DNA of 48,809 nt from Sulfurimonas sp. (GTDB taxonomy: Bacteria > Campylobacterota > Campylobacteria > Campylobacterales > Sulfurimonadaceae): contig JALUXS010000042.1 in the NCBI GenBank assembly GCA_027013185.1, forward strand, positions 1-48,809, written 5' to 3'. Each line of letters starts with the position of its first letter. Position 1 is the stretch's first letter. Position numbers and translations under genes: made by a program. Below the pieces are notes generated by a model that was given only the letters and a program-made list of their open reading frames with translations, did not search any database and had not been told where the DNA came from. Below are positions 29,150 through 38,673 of this stretch, piece after piece.

Positions 29150-30946
29150 ATGAATTTATCAAAGGATGAAACGGCGAAGTTTAAAAAACTAGGTATAAAT
29201 TCTTTGTTAGAACTCAGTCTTTTAGTTCCCCATTCTTACGAAGATTACAGACTTCATGAAACACTGTTACCGCAAAAAGCACAGCTTATTGATGCTACAG
29301 TTGAATCTGTTTATAAAGCTCCAAATTCCATTCAAATAACTTTTTTTGCTCATAATTTAGGGCATAGCGTGCAGGGTGTTCTTTTTCGTCCAAAAGCATA
29401 TATGTTGCATCAGTTTAAAGTGGGTGAACGTGATTATTATTACGGTATTATAGACTGTAAGCAGGGGCATTGTTCAATGAGTATGCCAAAAAAAGTCACA
29501 CGCGTTGGAAAAATCACTCCCAAGTATAAAACAGCTTTGCGAAATGATGTTATGCAAAGGCTTGTGCAAACCTTGATAACAAAAGAAAATCTTTTACATG
29601 TAGGAATAAAAGAAGATGTGGCTCAAGAACTTTTAAAACTGCATTTTCCTGATGATACTATACAAAAGGGAGAATTGAGTGAGAAAGCTTTATGGGCTTT
29701 AAAGTATACGGAGCTTTACTCTTACATGCAGATGCTCTCAGGAAAAAGACGTTATTTTCAAGCCTTATCTTCACAGGCTAAAGCTTTTGATGCATGGAGC
29801 AAAGAGTTGCCTTTTACACTTACGAAAGAGCAGATAAAAGCAATACAAGATATAGAAAAAGATTTAAAAAAAGATGTTGCGGCAAAACGTATGGTTGTGG
29901 GGGATGTTGGCAGTGGCAAAACTATGGTGATTTTAGCTGCGGCATATATGAATTTACCAAATCGTTCCATATTAATGGCACCAACAACAATTTTGGCAAA
30001 TCAGCTCTATGAAGAGGCACAAAAGCATCTTCCTCAGGCAAAAACGGTACTTGTTACAAATAAAACAAAAAAAATGGATTTAAGCGGTTTTGATTTTATT
30101 ATAGGAACACATGCTCTTTTATATAGAGAGTTGCCCGAAGCTTCTCTTGTTATGGTTGATGAACAGCATAGATTTGGTACGGCACAGCGAAATATGCTTG
30201 AAAAACTTGTATCGCAACAAGAGTTAAAGCCCCATTATATTCAGTTTTCAGCGACACCGATTCCAAGAACACAAGCAATGATAGAGAGTGCACATATAGA
30301 TGTTTCGCTCATCACCACTACGCCTTTTACAAAAGATATTGATTCTAAGGTAATTCATAAAAATGATTTTAAAGATTTACTTCTACATGTAAAGAGTGAA
30401 ATTGCTAAAAATAACCAAGTTTTACTTGTCTATCCTCTCGTTGAACAGAGTGAAATGCTTGCGTATCAGAGTATTGAGGAAGCACGATCGTACTGGGAAA
30501 AGAATTTTGAGAATGTTTATGTCACGCATGGAAAAGATAAGGGAAAAGAACAGGTCTTAGTAGATTTTAGAGAAAAAGGGAGCCTTTTAATTGCTACCAC
30601 CGTTGTTGAAGTTGGAATTTCACTACCGAGATTAACAACCGTTGTTATTGTCGGTGCAGAAAGATTAGGACTCTCAACACTTCATCAGCTTCGGGGCAGG
30701 GTGAGTCGTACAGGTTTAAAAGGTTATTGTTATTTATATACTAATCAAGAATCTTCAAAACGTTTAGATGAATTTGTGCATACTGTCAGTGGATTTGACA
30801 TAGCTAATTTAGATTTGAAATTTAGAAAAAGCGGTGATTTACTGAAGGGTATCTCACAAAGTGGAAATCGATTTCAATGGATTGATTTTGCAGAAGATGA
30901 AGCAATAGTTAAAGAGGTGAAAAATGATTTGCACCTCTTTTCATAA
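29150..30946 (+). CDS. recG: ATP-dependent DNA helicase RecG
   Basis: GDVGSGKT, DEQHRFG, SATPIPRT, TTVVEVG and LHQLRGRV motifs. Confidence 0.97.
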   Translation: MNLSKDETAKFKKLGINSLLELSLLVPHSYEDYRLHETLLPQKAQLIDATVESVYKAPNSIQITFFAHNLGHSVQGVLFRPKAYMLHQFKVGERDYYYGIIDCKQGHCSMSMPKKVTRVGKITPKYKTALRNDVMQRLVQTLITKENLLHVGIKEDVAQELLKLHFPDDTIQKGELSEKALWALKYTELYSYMQMLSGKRRYFQALSSQAKAFDAWSKELPFTLTKEQIKAIQDIEKDLKKDVAAKRMVVGDVGSGKTMVILAAAYMNLPNRSILMAPTTILANQLYEEAQKHLPQAKTVLVTNKTKKMDLSGFDFIIGTHALLYRELPEASLVMVDEQHRFGTAQRNMLEKLVSQQELKPHYIQFSATPIPRTQAMIESAHIDVSLITTTPFTKDIDSKVIHKNDFKDLLLHVKSEIAKNNQVLLVYPLVEQSEMLAYQSIEEARSYWEKNFENVYVTHGKDKGKEQVLVDFREKGSLLIATTVVEVGISLPRLTTVVIVGAERLGLSTLHQLRGRVSRTGLKGYCYLYTNQESSKRLDEFVHTVSGFDIANLDLKFRKSGDLLKGISQSGNRFQWIDFAEDEAIVKEVKNDLHLFS

Positions 30947-30962
30947 TTGACGTTAGAGCTGT

Positions 30963-31496
30963 TTAATAGAGCCCAAATTTACTGTCATTTCTTTTGTAAA
31001 GAACACGTGTTTTATGTTCATTGTCTAAAAATATTTCAAACATTTTACCACTTTCTTTAAGGTCTGCGAGAACATCTTCAACTTCACGTGGTTTATATAA
31101 GTCTAGCTCGACAGGAACAATTTCATCTTCCATCTCTTGTTCGACAGCTTTTATATCAACTTCTTGTGCTTTGACTTCATTCAAACCGATTTTTTGATAA
31201 TCTGTCTCTTTGTCATGTAGACGACGGAGTGATTTTTGTGCTCGACTTGTCGCTAAATCAATGGCAACATAAGCATCTTCATCATTTTGTTTAATAACTA
31301 TAGTATTTTTATGTGCCAAGTTAATAACAAATTCAACTATAGCATGCTCTTTACCTTTTTTTGTTTGTGAAGAGACAATAACATTGACTGAGATAATATC
31401 TAAATTAAATTTTTTTAATGTCTCAATAGAAGATGAGATATGCCCTTTTAAAGCATCAGTAAGTTCTAAATTTCTTCCTGTCATACTAATATTCAT
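30963..31496 (-). CDS. hpf: Ribosome hibernation promoting factor (long HPF/RaiA)
   Basis: MNISMTGRNLELTDALK, DAYVAIDLA and C-terminal VLYKRNDSKFGL. Confidence 0.93.
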   Translation of the reverse strand: MNISMTGRNLELTDALKGHISSSIETLKKFNLDIISVNVIVSSQTKKGKEHAIVEFVINLAHKNTIVIKQNDEDAYVAIDLATSRAQKSLRRLHDKETDYQKIGLNEVKAQEVDIKAVEQEMEDEIVPVELDLYKPREVEDVLADLKESGKMFEIFLDNEHKTRVLYKRNDSKFGLY

Positions 31497-31527
31497 GATT
31501 AAATCCTTTTTTTTCTAATGTAAAAAA

Positions 31528-31536
31528 ATTATAGCA
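31528..31536 (-). promoter_or_regulatory. Extended -10 TGCTATAAT for hpf
   Basis: Perfect consensus 31 nt upstream of the ATG; AAGGA SD. Confidence 0.7.
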
Positions 31537-31563
31537 TTAAAAAGTTTAATGATGCGTATGATT

Positions 31564-32022
31564 TTACAATTTTTGTAGAGTTCTTCGAAAATAATTTATA
31601 GGTTCACTCGCAACAGTCGTATCATCTACATGTACATTAATATCCATTAGTACAGAGCCATTTTGTTCCGGTGCTGTTACTGTTGTATATAAAGTGCCTC
31701 CATTTGCCACACAAGGTGCATTTGAATCATAAATATATCGTAATTTAATGTCTATAGTATATAAAGTGTCTTGTGTAAATGTTTCATCTAAATTTGAACA
31801 GGGAGGATTTTGAGAAATTTTTAAAAGGGCATATTCTGCAGCACTATGTGAAAGCAGGGCGGCTTGTTCATAAAGGTAAACATCGGTAGTCTTTTTTGAT
31901 GTCTGGGATGTTAGAGAGATGGAAAGTGCTAAAAGTGTTGCAATGATGACTATTACAGCAATAGCCATTATCATAGCAATACCATTTTTAGAACGCTTTA
32001 AAAAATTGTTTTTTCTTTGCAT
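31564..32022 (-). CDS. PilX/MshP-like minor pilin
   Basis: Basic leader, KNG|IAMIMAIAVIVIIA lacking Glu5; QAALLSHSAAEYA resembles the PilX-type motif. Confidence 0.75.
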   Translation of the reverse strand: MQRKNNFLKRSKNGIAMIMAIAVIVIIATLLALSISLTSQTSKKTTDVYLYEQAALLSHSAAEYALLKISQNPPCSNLDETFTQDTLYTIDIKLRYIYDSNAPCVANGGTLYTTVTAPEQNGSVLMDINVHVDDTTVASEPINYFRRTLQKL

Positions 32023-32882
32023 AAAGAGTACTCCTCTAATAAATCACTTTTTGTACAAACTTGAATTTTTAATAAAGAGCCAACCGAGGTAAACTGAAAA
32101 GTACTGACATTTTGCATAAGTAGAGTTTTATTTCCATCAGTCGGTACATCTCCTTCCCATGGCTGAAAATTATAATAAAAATATAAATTCCCCATTTTAG
32201 TAGTTGCGTTGAAATCTTCCATAGAAACAGCATAAGCACTCCACGCAAGTTTATAGTATTCATTGACATCATGAAAACCTCCTGTTCCTACGGCTGGAAT
32301 AAATTGATTAGGATTCGCATTTGTATTTATTGGATGCATTGTCTGGTTTTGGTCATTAATTTGTCCATTCCATCCGTAACCACTTTGAATATCACTATTT
32401 GATCCCATAAAATATAGAGCACTGTCATTAATATCAGCACTGTTATTTGAGAGTATTTTAATAAGTGTATTTTCATTGCTAGTATTTGTTTGAGGAGAGT
32501 CGAGGCTGTTTGTATTGCTTAAGTCCAAATCTATAATACCACTCCAATTTGGCAGTGAACTTCCTCTAAAACCGTCATCGTCTGAACCAATCCATTCCAA
32601 TACCTGATAAAGATTACCGCTCGCATCTGCTATAGCGACTGTAAGAGGTGCATTAATGCCGGTTCTTGCAATAACAGAATCTTTTATTCTAAATTGGAGC
32701 CTATTGGCTATAAATTCAACAGTAGATTCACTATTTGCCTGCAGTTCATTATTTACTTTTGAATTGATGAAACTGTTGTAGGCTTGAAACAAAAATTCGA
32801 CACCAAACTTTCCAAGAATACCCATTATGACTATAACAAAAATAAGTTCAATCATAGTAAAAGCAGCATGTCCAAATCTCAT
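31998..32882 (-). CDS. Prepilin-type minor pilin (MshO/PilW-like)
   Basis: A|FTMIELIFVIVIMGIL N-methylation motif. Confidence 0.85.
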   Translation of the reverse strand: MRFGHAAFTMIELIFVIVIMGILGKFGVEFLFQAYNSFINSKVNNELQANSESTVEFIANRLQFRIKDSVIARTGINAPLTVAIADASGNLYQVLEWIGSDDDGFRGSSLPNWSGIIDLDLSNTNSLDSPQTNTSNENTLIKILSNNSADINDSALYFMGSNSDIQSGYGWNGQINDQNQTMHPINTNANPNQFIPAVGTGGFHDVNEYYKLAWSAYAVSMEDFNATTKMGNLYFYYNFQPWEGDVPTDGNKTLLMQNVSTFQFTSVGSLLKIQVCTKSDLLEEYSLCKEKTIF

Positions 32883-33532
32883 AAAAAGCTCCTTTTATAG
32901 TAATCTACTTCACCAATATTTGCACTGTATGTATGGAGTTTTGTCGTAGTTACATTCGTATCTGAATCTATAATTGTTATATCGATTCTTTTCATATTTT
33001 TGCTGGCGGCAGTTGCTGTGCCAAAAGCAGCATAAGTGACATTCACATCCATTTTATAGGGGGTTTTATAGCCCTCAGCTGAAGTAATGATGCCTGAGCC
33101 ACTGTTATCTATAAACATAGCACTGGAAACATTATTAAAGTCATCTATATCATCATAAACACCAGCATCATTTCCTTCCATTCCAAGGGCCGCTGTCGGC
33201 TGAACTACAGAAAAATTACTATCAAGGCATCTTCTGTGCTGTTGTTCCATTATATGCCCGGGACGCAGTTTTGTACTTTGGTTGCAGTCATTTGCAGTAG
33301 TCCATATAACCCGGGAAAATATGCTGCCACTTTGCATAGAATTATCATCCCAAGGGTAGCTAATAATTTCATTGAGTTTTGCAGAACTGGCAAAAATTGC
33401 TTCTTGAACAAGATTACCTTCAATACCTTTAGTGCTTGTCTGAATCATCATAGGTAACGATATAACGGCAATAGAAATGACAACAATAGCAAAAATCAGC
33501 TCTATCATCGTAAAAGCATATCTTCTTACCAC
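32879..33532 (-). CDS. Prepilin-type minor pilin (MshD/PilV-like)
   Basis: RRYA|FTMIELIFAIVVI; YDDIDDFN and MKRIDITI resemble MshD-type pilins. Confidence 0.85.
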   Translation of the reverse strand: MVRRYAFTMIELIFAIVVISIAVISLPMMIQTSTKGIEGNLVQEAIFASSAKLNEIISYPWDDNSMQSGSIFSRVIWTTANDCNQSTKLRPGHIMEQQHRRCLDSNFSVVQPTAALGMEGNDAGVYDDIDDFNNVSSAMFIDNSGSGIITSAEGYKTPYKMDVNVTYAAFGTATAASKNMKRIDITIIDSDTNVTTTKLHTYSANIGEVDYYKRSFL

Positions 33533-36500
33533 ATGATTCTCCTATTTGTTCTTTTAGATGCATTTGTATCTGTTGTGGTATTTGTCTCATGTGCTCCTGC
33601 CCATGCACCGCCTGGTTTGACAAACTCTACTTCAAATTCGTTTTTGAGAGCATTATCATTATATTTATTGTAAATCAACCAGCCTGAAGCATTGTTTTCC
33701 ATTGTCGCTTTATACGGGTAACCCCTGTTTCCATTGTATTGTACTCCTATATAGTCGGGATGATTCCCGTTTGCTTCCCTAGTAATGCTGACATTGGCAG
33801 CATTTTTTTGTAGTGTTGCTGATTGTGCCGCAGTTCCTGCTTCATTTGAATGTAGGGTATTTATAAACCATCGTGGGTCATCTGTTGTATTAGAATCTGT
33901 TCCATTTTGCAATAAAGTTTTGTTACATGTAGCACCATTACAATAGACTTCATAGTACATGGAAACATTTCCATCAGGACCTTCAAACGTTTGTCTCGGT
34001 GCATGTGTTCGACCGTAATAGTGCCTAATAGGAATAGTGGAATTTAAATCTTTAGAACCTTTGGTTGTTTTATTATTGATTAAATCAGCATTAAAAGTAC
34101 AGTCAGCTCCTACATTGGTACAATTTACCTGGTATTTTATAAATGTCAGACTTTTTGGGTTGATAGTAGTGTCTTTTGTCCTTGCATAATTCATATTAAG
34201 ACGTGTTTGCATAGTACCATTAAGGTTTTTAGGAAAATAGCCTTTTGTAGAAGTTTGGACTGTCTGGAGTAATAAGTCAGCAGTATGTGACGTGGTGGCA
34301 TCATCGGTTACGTTAATATCTAACGCGGTAATAACTTTATTACTTGAATTTATATCATGAAATCTTACCCTATAATCAACATGGTTGCCGTTAGAATCGT
34401 TTAAATCTCTATTTGAAGTAGAAATGTTAATGTCTAAAGGAACTGCATAACATTTGTCAACAAAGTTTGTAAGTGTGACATTGTTTTCACCGAGTGCATT
34501 GATACTTCCGTTTAAATGGTAGGACATATTTTCATCTTGAGACTTATTAATATCAGACATGTATATATAAGGTGTCGTATTTGGCACAAGTGTAAATAAA
34601 AGCCCTATGGTCGGGGTAATAGGACTGCCTCCATTTGTTCCATTTAAGTCAAATTTATAGGGATGGAAAGTTACATTTAAATCGGTATATATTATACTTG
34701 CATCATTATTTGTATGATTACTACTAATTTCGCAGCCGTTAAGTGCATCATTTGCAGCCGATGTGTTCACAAAATTACTATTTATAGTACAGTCGGCACC
34801 TGAGAGAAAGTGGGCAGAAAGAAGCGGATTTAAATGATGTGCCATATATGCTGAATCACTATCAACTTGTGTCCAAGTAGTGTCTTCTATATTTAATGAG
34901 TAGTGGCCAACTTGATTTACTGATGTATTTTTGTCTGCGATACCATTAGCAAAATTAATAGTAGCATTTTTATCAACAGTATCATTACACCCACTTAAAT
35001 CTTTTCCTGTTATAGGTGACCATTTATAATTTGTATTTATACCTTTATAATAACCAAGCGATGCAACTGTATCTGTATGACTTGTCGCATTCACTTCAAT
35101 GTTATATTGATATCCTGCAGATAGTTGAATATCCGTTGTAGGTGTAGTATTCTTTGCTATTAAAGGCTTTGTAGCTGGAGTTGTTTGATTCTGGTCTTGT
35201 AGTGTGATACTAAAGGCTTCGGGTCGTATTGAAAAATTATCACGCGAACAAATAAAAGTTGTATTATAACCGTATATACATTCCTGACATGTTTGTAGTT
35301 CATTAAAAGTCATCGCAGAAGCATTTGATTTTCCTGCATTATTGCAGTATTGAGGAATAGTATCAACACTATTTGGATTCCCATCCATGTCTTGAAGACA
35401 GTTCCCATTAAGTGTAGGAAAGTTTGCAACATTCCATTTTTTTACGCCATTATCAATGATTGGTATAAGCTCAATAATACCATTATTAGCCGCATCCATA
35501 TTATAGCTAATCCTAAATGCTGAATTTGCCCGTACTTCAGTCGGTGTTAGACTAAGCTCCACCTTAGATACATTATCAAGTGTTGTCCATATTCGTGGGC
35601 TAATAGCATTACTAGCTTCATTACATGAAGCAGAAGTATCATGAAAAGAGCCTAAGTCAACCATGTCTACGGCAACGGCAATAGAACCATTAATATCTTT
35701 TAATTTATCCAAATTATTGACATCCATTGAAACTATGCTGACATCTGCCGCTCTATTAATGACCTGAGTATTAAGATTATAAATAAGATTATCTCCATTA
35801 CTGTTTATAGCTGTATTTAAACCATCCTCTATGATGTTAAATATACCATAAACAGGAGTATATTGAGATACACCGCCACCACAAATAGGAATATCTGAAT
35901 CAATTAAACTTGATCTTGGTATTGTTACACTTTGCGTTGCTGAAAGAGGAATCGTGAGATTATAATCTAGTCTGGCTTTTATCGGTAAAGTAATGGCTGA
36001 GGCATTAGAGTCAATTGAAAAATATGTATAAAAATGTTCCAGAGAGTCAAATGAATTTATTGGGATATTGAGTATTTCATTGTTATTCGTTACCATGCCC
36101 ACTCCATTAAGGTCAGGGATGAATTCTTTTAATATACTTCCTGGTTGCGTAACATAAACTGAATTTGGCGAATAGCTAGCTTGATTTGTTGCATTGATAT
36201 CTAAAACATTTACTTTTACATTACTAACTGTGAGCTCTGAACTTGTTGTATTCTCAAAGTACATTGCAACTTCTAATGGTTGTGTAGTTGAAACATTAGC
36301 TGATATGGATGGTCCCGTAGTGGCATTATAATCTGCAGTTACATATCTGTCCCCTTGTTTATAAGCATAGTCATAGCAAATAGACGGTTCCCTTAATCCA
36401 GTGATTTTGTGGACAAATACACCTGTATCCCAAGCAGAATCTCCGGTATCCGCTATGGCCATTTTAAAATGGTATGTTTGTCCAGGTGTTAAATTATCTA

Positions 36501-37299
36501 GAGTTGCATGTAGAGTGTGGGTTAATCCATCATATTCCACTGCAACGGGAGAATTTGTTTGGGTGCACCCTAACCAGCTGGGAAAGGTGTCATTGCAATT
36601 GTCTATATAAAACGAACTATTTTTTGGTGATGCACTTTGTCCATAATAACTATTGGAAGAGTTAACACCATTATTAACATTATTTACAGTGACAGTGTCA
36701 TAATTATTTAAATTAGCAATCTTTACATATGTTTGATTATCAACAACCCTTGCAATATTATACGTTTGGCCTAAATCACCACCAGATATGAAAAAACCAA
36801 AGGCATCATTGAATTGAGAACCAACAAATTCATTATACTCTTCCGAAGCAAATTGATAATCTATAAGGAGTAAACGTGTATTAGCATCTAATGTAACATC
36901 AAATTCAAATACAATAGGATTGTAAATTGCGTTAGCATCAATAGCCGTTAAGTCAGGATCATTGAATGTACCTGATGCTTCTATAGATTTACCCCAAGAA
37001 GTGTTTGGTTTAAAGGAATTTTCTACATCCATTCCTGTTAAAATAATTCCTTCATCTAGTTCTAAACCAGCTCCATTAATACCATTAGAAAATATACCAA
37101 CTTGTGATCCATCTCCGTGTACTATCGTAGGGTTTGTGATGGTGATACCATTACCTTGAATTTTTGCAGCTAATTCTGCAGCAGTCACATTATAAGAACA
37201 ATTAGCAGTTGTTCCCGTACAAGCAGTTGCTGCATTTAAAGATGTTGCACCTATAGCGAAAAAAAACAGTACGGTATAAAATTGTATAAAGGCTTTCAT
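33526..37299 (-). CDS. Large secreted pilus-tip adhesin candidate: choice-of-anchor-L-like N-domain plus MshQ-like C-region
   Basis: Signal peptide from MKAFIQ (AAGGGGA SD). YQFASEEY.EFVGSQFNDAFGFFISG, EYDGLT and YHFKMAIADTGD motifs; Asn/Thr-rich with Cys pairs; YYGRTHAP near the C-terminus. Confidence 0.75.
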   Translation of the reverse strand: MKAFIQFYTVLFFFAIGATSLNAATACTGTTANCSYNVTAAELAAKIQGNGITITNPTIVHGDGSQVGIFSNGINGAGLELDEGIILTGMDVENSFKPNTSWGKSIEASGTFNDPDLTAIDANAIYNPIVFEFDVTLDANTRLLLIDYQFASEEYNEFVGSQFNDAFGFFISGGDLGQTYNIARVVDNQTYVKIANLNNYDTVTVNNVNNGVNSSNSYYGQSASPKNSSFYIDNCNDTFPSWLGCTQTNSPVAVEYDGLTHTLHATLDNLTPGQTYHFKMAIADTGDSAWDTGVFVHKITGLREPSICYDYAYKQGDRYVTADYNATTGPSISANVSTTQPLEVAMYFENTTSSELTVSNVKVNVLDINATNQASYSPNSVYVTQPGSILKEFIPDLNGVGMVTNNNEILNIPINSFDSLEHFYTYFSIDSNASAITLPIKARLDYNLTIPLSATQSVTIPRSSLIDSDIPICGGGVSQYTPVYGIFNIIEDGLNTAINSNGDNLIYNLNTQVINRAADVSIVSMDVNNLDKLKDINGSIAVAVDMVDLGSFHDTSASCNEASNAISPRIWTTLDNVSKVELSLTPTEVRANSAFRISYNMDAANNGIIELIPIIDNGVKKWNVANFPTLNGNCLQDMDGNPNSVDTIPQYCNNAGKSNASAMTFNELQTCQECIYGYNTTFICSRDNFSIRPEAFSITLQDQNQTTPATKPLIAKNTTPTTDIQLSAGYQYNIEVNATSHTDTVASLGYYKGINTNYKWSPITGKDLSGCNDTVDKNATINFANGIADKNTSVNQVGHYSLNIEDTTWTQVDSDSAYMAHHLNPLLSAHFLSGADCTINSNFVNTSAANDALNGCEISSNHTNNDASIIYTDLNVTFHPYKFDLNGTNGGSPITPTIGLLFTLVPNTTPYIYMSDINKSQDENMSYHLNGSINALGENNVTLTNFVDKCYAVPLDINISTSNRDLNDSNGNHVDYRVRFHDINSSNKVITALDINVTDDATTSHTADLLLQTVQTSTKGYFPKNLNGTMQTRLNMNYARTKDTTINPKSLTFIKYQVNCTNVGADCTFNADLINNKTTKGSKDLNSTIPIRHYYGRTHAPRQTFEGPDGNVSMYYEVYCNGATCNKTLLQNGTDSNTTDDPRWFINTLHSNEAGTAAQSATLQKNAANVSITREANGNHPDYIGVQYNGNRGYPYKATMENNASGWLIYNKYNDNALKNEFEVEFVKPGGAWAGAHETNTTTDTNASKRTNRRIMW

Positions 37300-37404
37300 A
37301 GCATCCCCTTTCTCAAGCAAAAAAAGTGCAACCAAAAATGGGGCTCAACACTAAATATTTACTTGATATTGCTTTATTGTATCACTATATAAGAAAAAGA
37401 AATC

Positions 37405-37460
37405 TTAAATGTTAATATCATCAAGTTTATTCAGTGTTTTATGGCATATTTAGGAAACAT
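37405..37460 (-). pseudogene. Possible internally deleted HEPN (HepT/DUF86) toxin remnant
   Basis: ATG overlapping the mntA end gives MFPKYAIKH*. A shifted frame gives KTLNKLDDINI*, reminiscent of HepT C-termini. Confidence 0.3.
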
Positions 37461-37821
37461 GAAGCAGCTTCATAAATTCTTTATAGTCTTTTATTTCATG
37501 TTCTCTGTCTAGTTCATACATGATGCGTAAATCATCTTGTGAATCTTTTATAATGATGCCGTCATTAAATATATTTTCTAAAAGGTTAAAGTTTTTTGCA
37601 GAGTTTAAAATGATGAGGTCTATTTCTTTGCGTAAAGATACTTCAAGCTTATGATGAATTTTTAGTTTTGTATCAAAATTATTATATTGTTTTGTAAGAT
37701 ATACTGCAATGTCAACATCACTTCTTTGGTTGTAGTCTCCTTTTGCATAAGAGCCAAACAGATAAGCAAATTGAATCTCATTCATTTGAGATAATAATTT
37801 TTGTAGTTTTTCTATAAGCAT
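37450..37821 (-). CDS. Minimal nucleotidyltransferase (MntA-type antitoxin)
   Basis: YLFGSYAKG...SDVDIAV (GSx10DxD) and IDLIILN; 123 aa. Confidence 0.92.
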   Translation of the reverse strand: MLIEKLQKLLSQMNEIQFAYLFGSYAKGDYNQRSDVDIAVYLTKQYNNFDTKLKIHHKLEVSLRKEIDLIILNSAKNFNLLENIFNDGIIIKDSQDDLRIMYELDREHEIKDYKEFMKLLHVS

Positions 37822-37827
37822 GACCTG

Positions 37828-37836
37828 ATTATAGCA
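37828..37836 (-). promoter_or_regulatory. Extended -10 TGCTATAAT 6 nt before the mntA ATG (leaderless)
   Basis: Minus strand reads TGCTATAAT-CAGGTC-ATG; no properly spaced SD. Confidence 0.7.
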
Positions 37837-37914
37837 TAAAAACTAACTTGCTTTAATGCCTATTATATATCTTTTAGATAAAATAACATTAGATTTACAT
37901 GTAGGAATAAATTT

Positions 37915-38661
37915 ATGAAAAAACAGATATATATTTTAGTGACAGCATTGTTGTTTGGCTTGTTTTTTAGTGCTTGTTCAAAAAAGGTAGACGAATATAA
38001 TAAACCGGCAGTTTACTGGTACGGTAAAATTGTTGAAGCTATTTCAACAGGGGACATTGATAAAGCCGATGATTATTATTCTTCACTGCAAGGGGAACAT
38101 ATTGGCTCACCTCTTTTACCTGAAGCGACTATGATTCTTGCCATTGCCCATATGCATAATGAAGAGTACCTTTTAACAGAACACTTTTTAAATGAATATG
38201 TGAGACGCTATGCAAATGCGAATGAAAGAGAGTTCGCAGAATTTTTAAAAATAAAAGCAAAATATAAAGCATTGCCAAATCCAAGACGTGATCAGGTTCT
38301 GATACAAGATGCCATTAAAGATGCTAAAGCTTTTAAAGTGAATTATCCTCACTCTATGTATTACTCTGTCGTAGATGCTATGCTTACAAACCTCTACCTT
38401 GCTGATGCCTCATTAAACGAATCAATTGCCGGATTATATACTAGAGTTGACAAACCAAAAGCAGCAGCATATTATAGATCGATAAGACCTGAACCATGGA
38501 TAAAATGGAATGAAATTGAGCGTGCAAATACACCATGGTATAGAGAAATGTTTGAAGGTGATGGTACTTCTAGTTGGTATGCTTTTATGATTCCAAATAC
38601 ACAAAGTGTAGTTTCAAGAAACTCAGTAAAGTCTGATGATAACAAAACAAATAATAAATAA
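37915..38661 (+). CDS. bamD: Outer membrane protein assembly lipoprotein BamD
   Basis: Lipobox FSAC, TPR-like helices, RDQ and YPHS motifs; upstream of lon as in Campylobacterota. Confidence 0.88.
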   Translation: MKKQIYILVTALLFGLFFSACSKKVDEYNKPAVYWYGKIVEAISTGDIDKADDYYSSLQGEHIGSPLLPEATMILAIAHMHNEEYLLTEHFLNEYVRRYANANEREFAEFLKIKAKYKALPNPRRDQVLIQDAIKDAKAFKVNYPHSMYYSVVDAMLTNLYLADASLNESIAGLYTRVDKPKAAAYYRSIRPEPWIKWNEIERANTPWYREMFEGDGTSSWYAFMIPNTQSVVSRNSVKSDDNKTNNK

Positions 38662-38673
38662 GGGTAATATTTT

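Noticed and set aside
31535-31551. Palindrome CATTAAA-AAG-TTTAATG near the hpf promoter
   Set aside because: Almost all A/T and expected by chance at this composition; cannot be assigned as an operator or terminator.
37300-37335. Longer start for the adhesin
   Set aside because: The SD and signal peptide fit the ATG at 37299.
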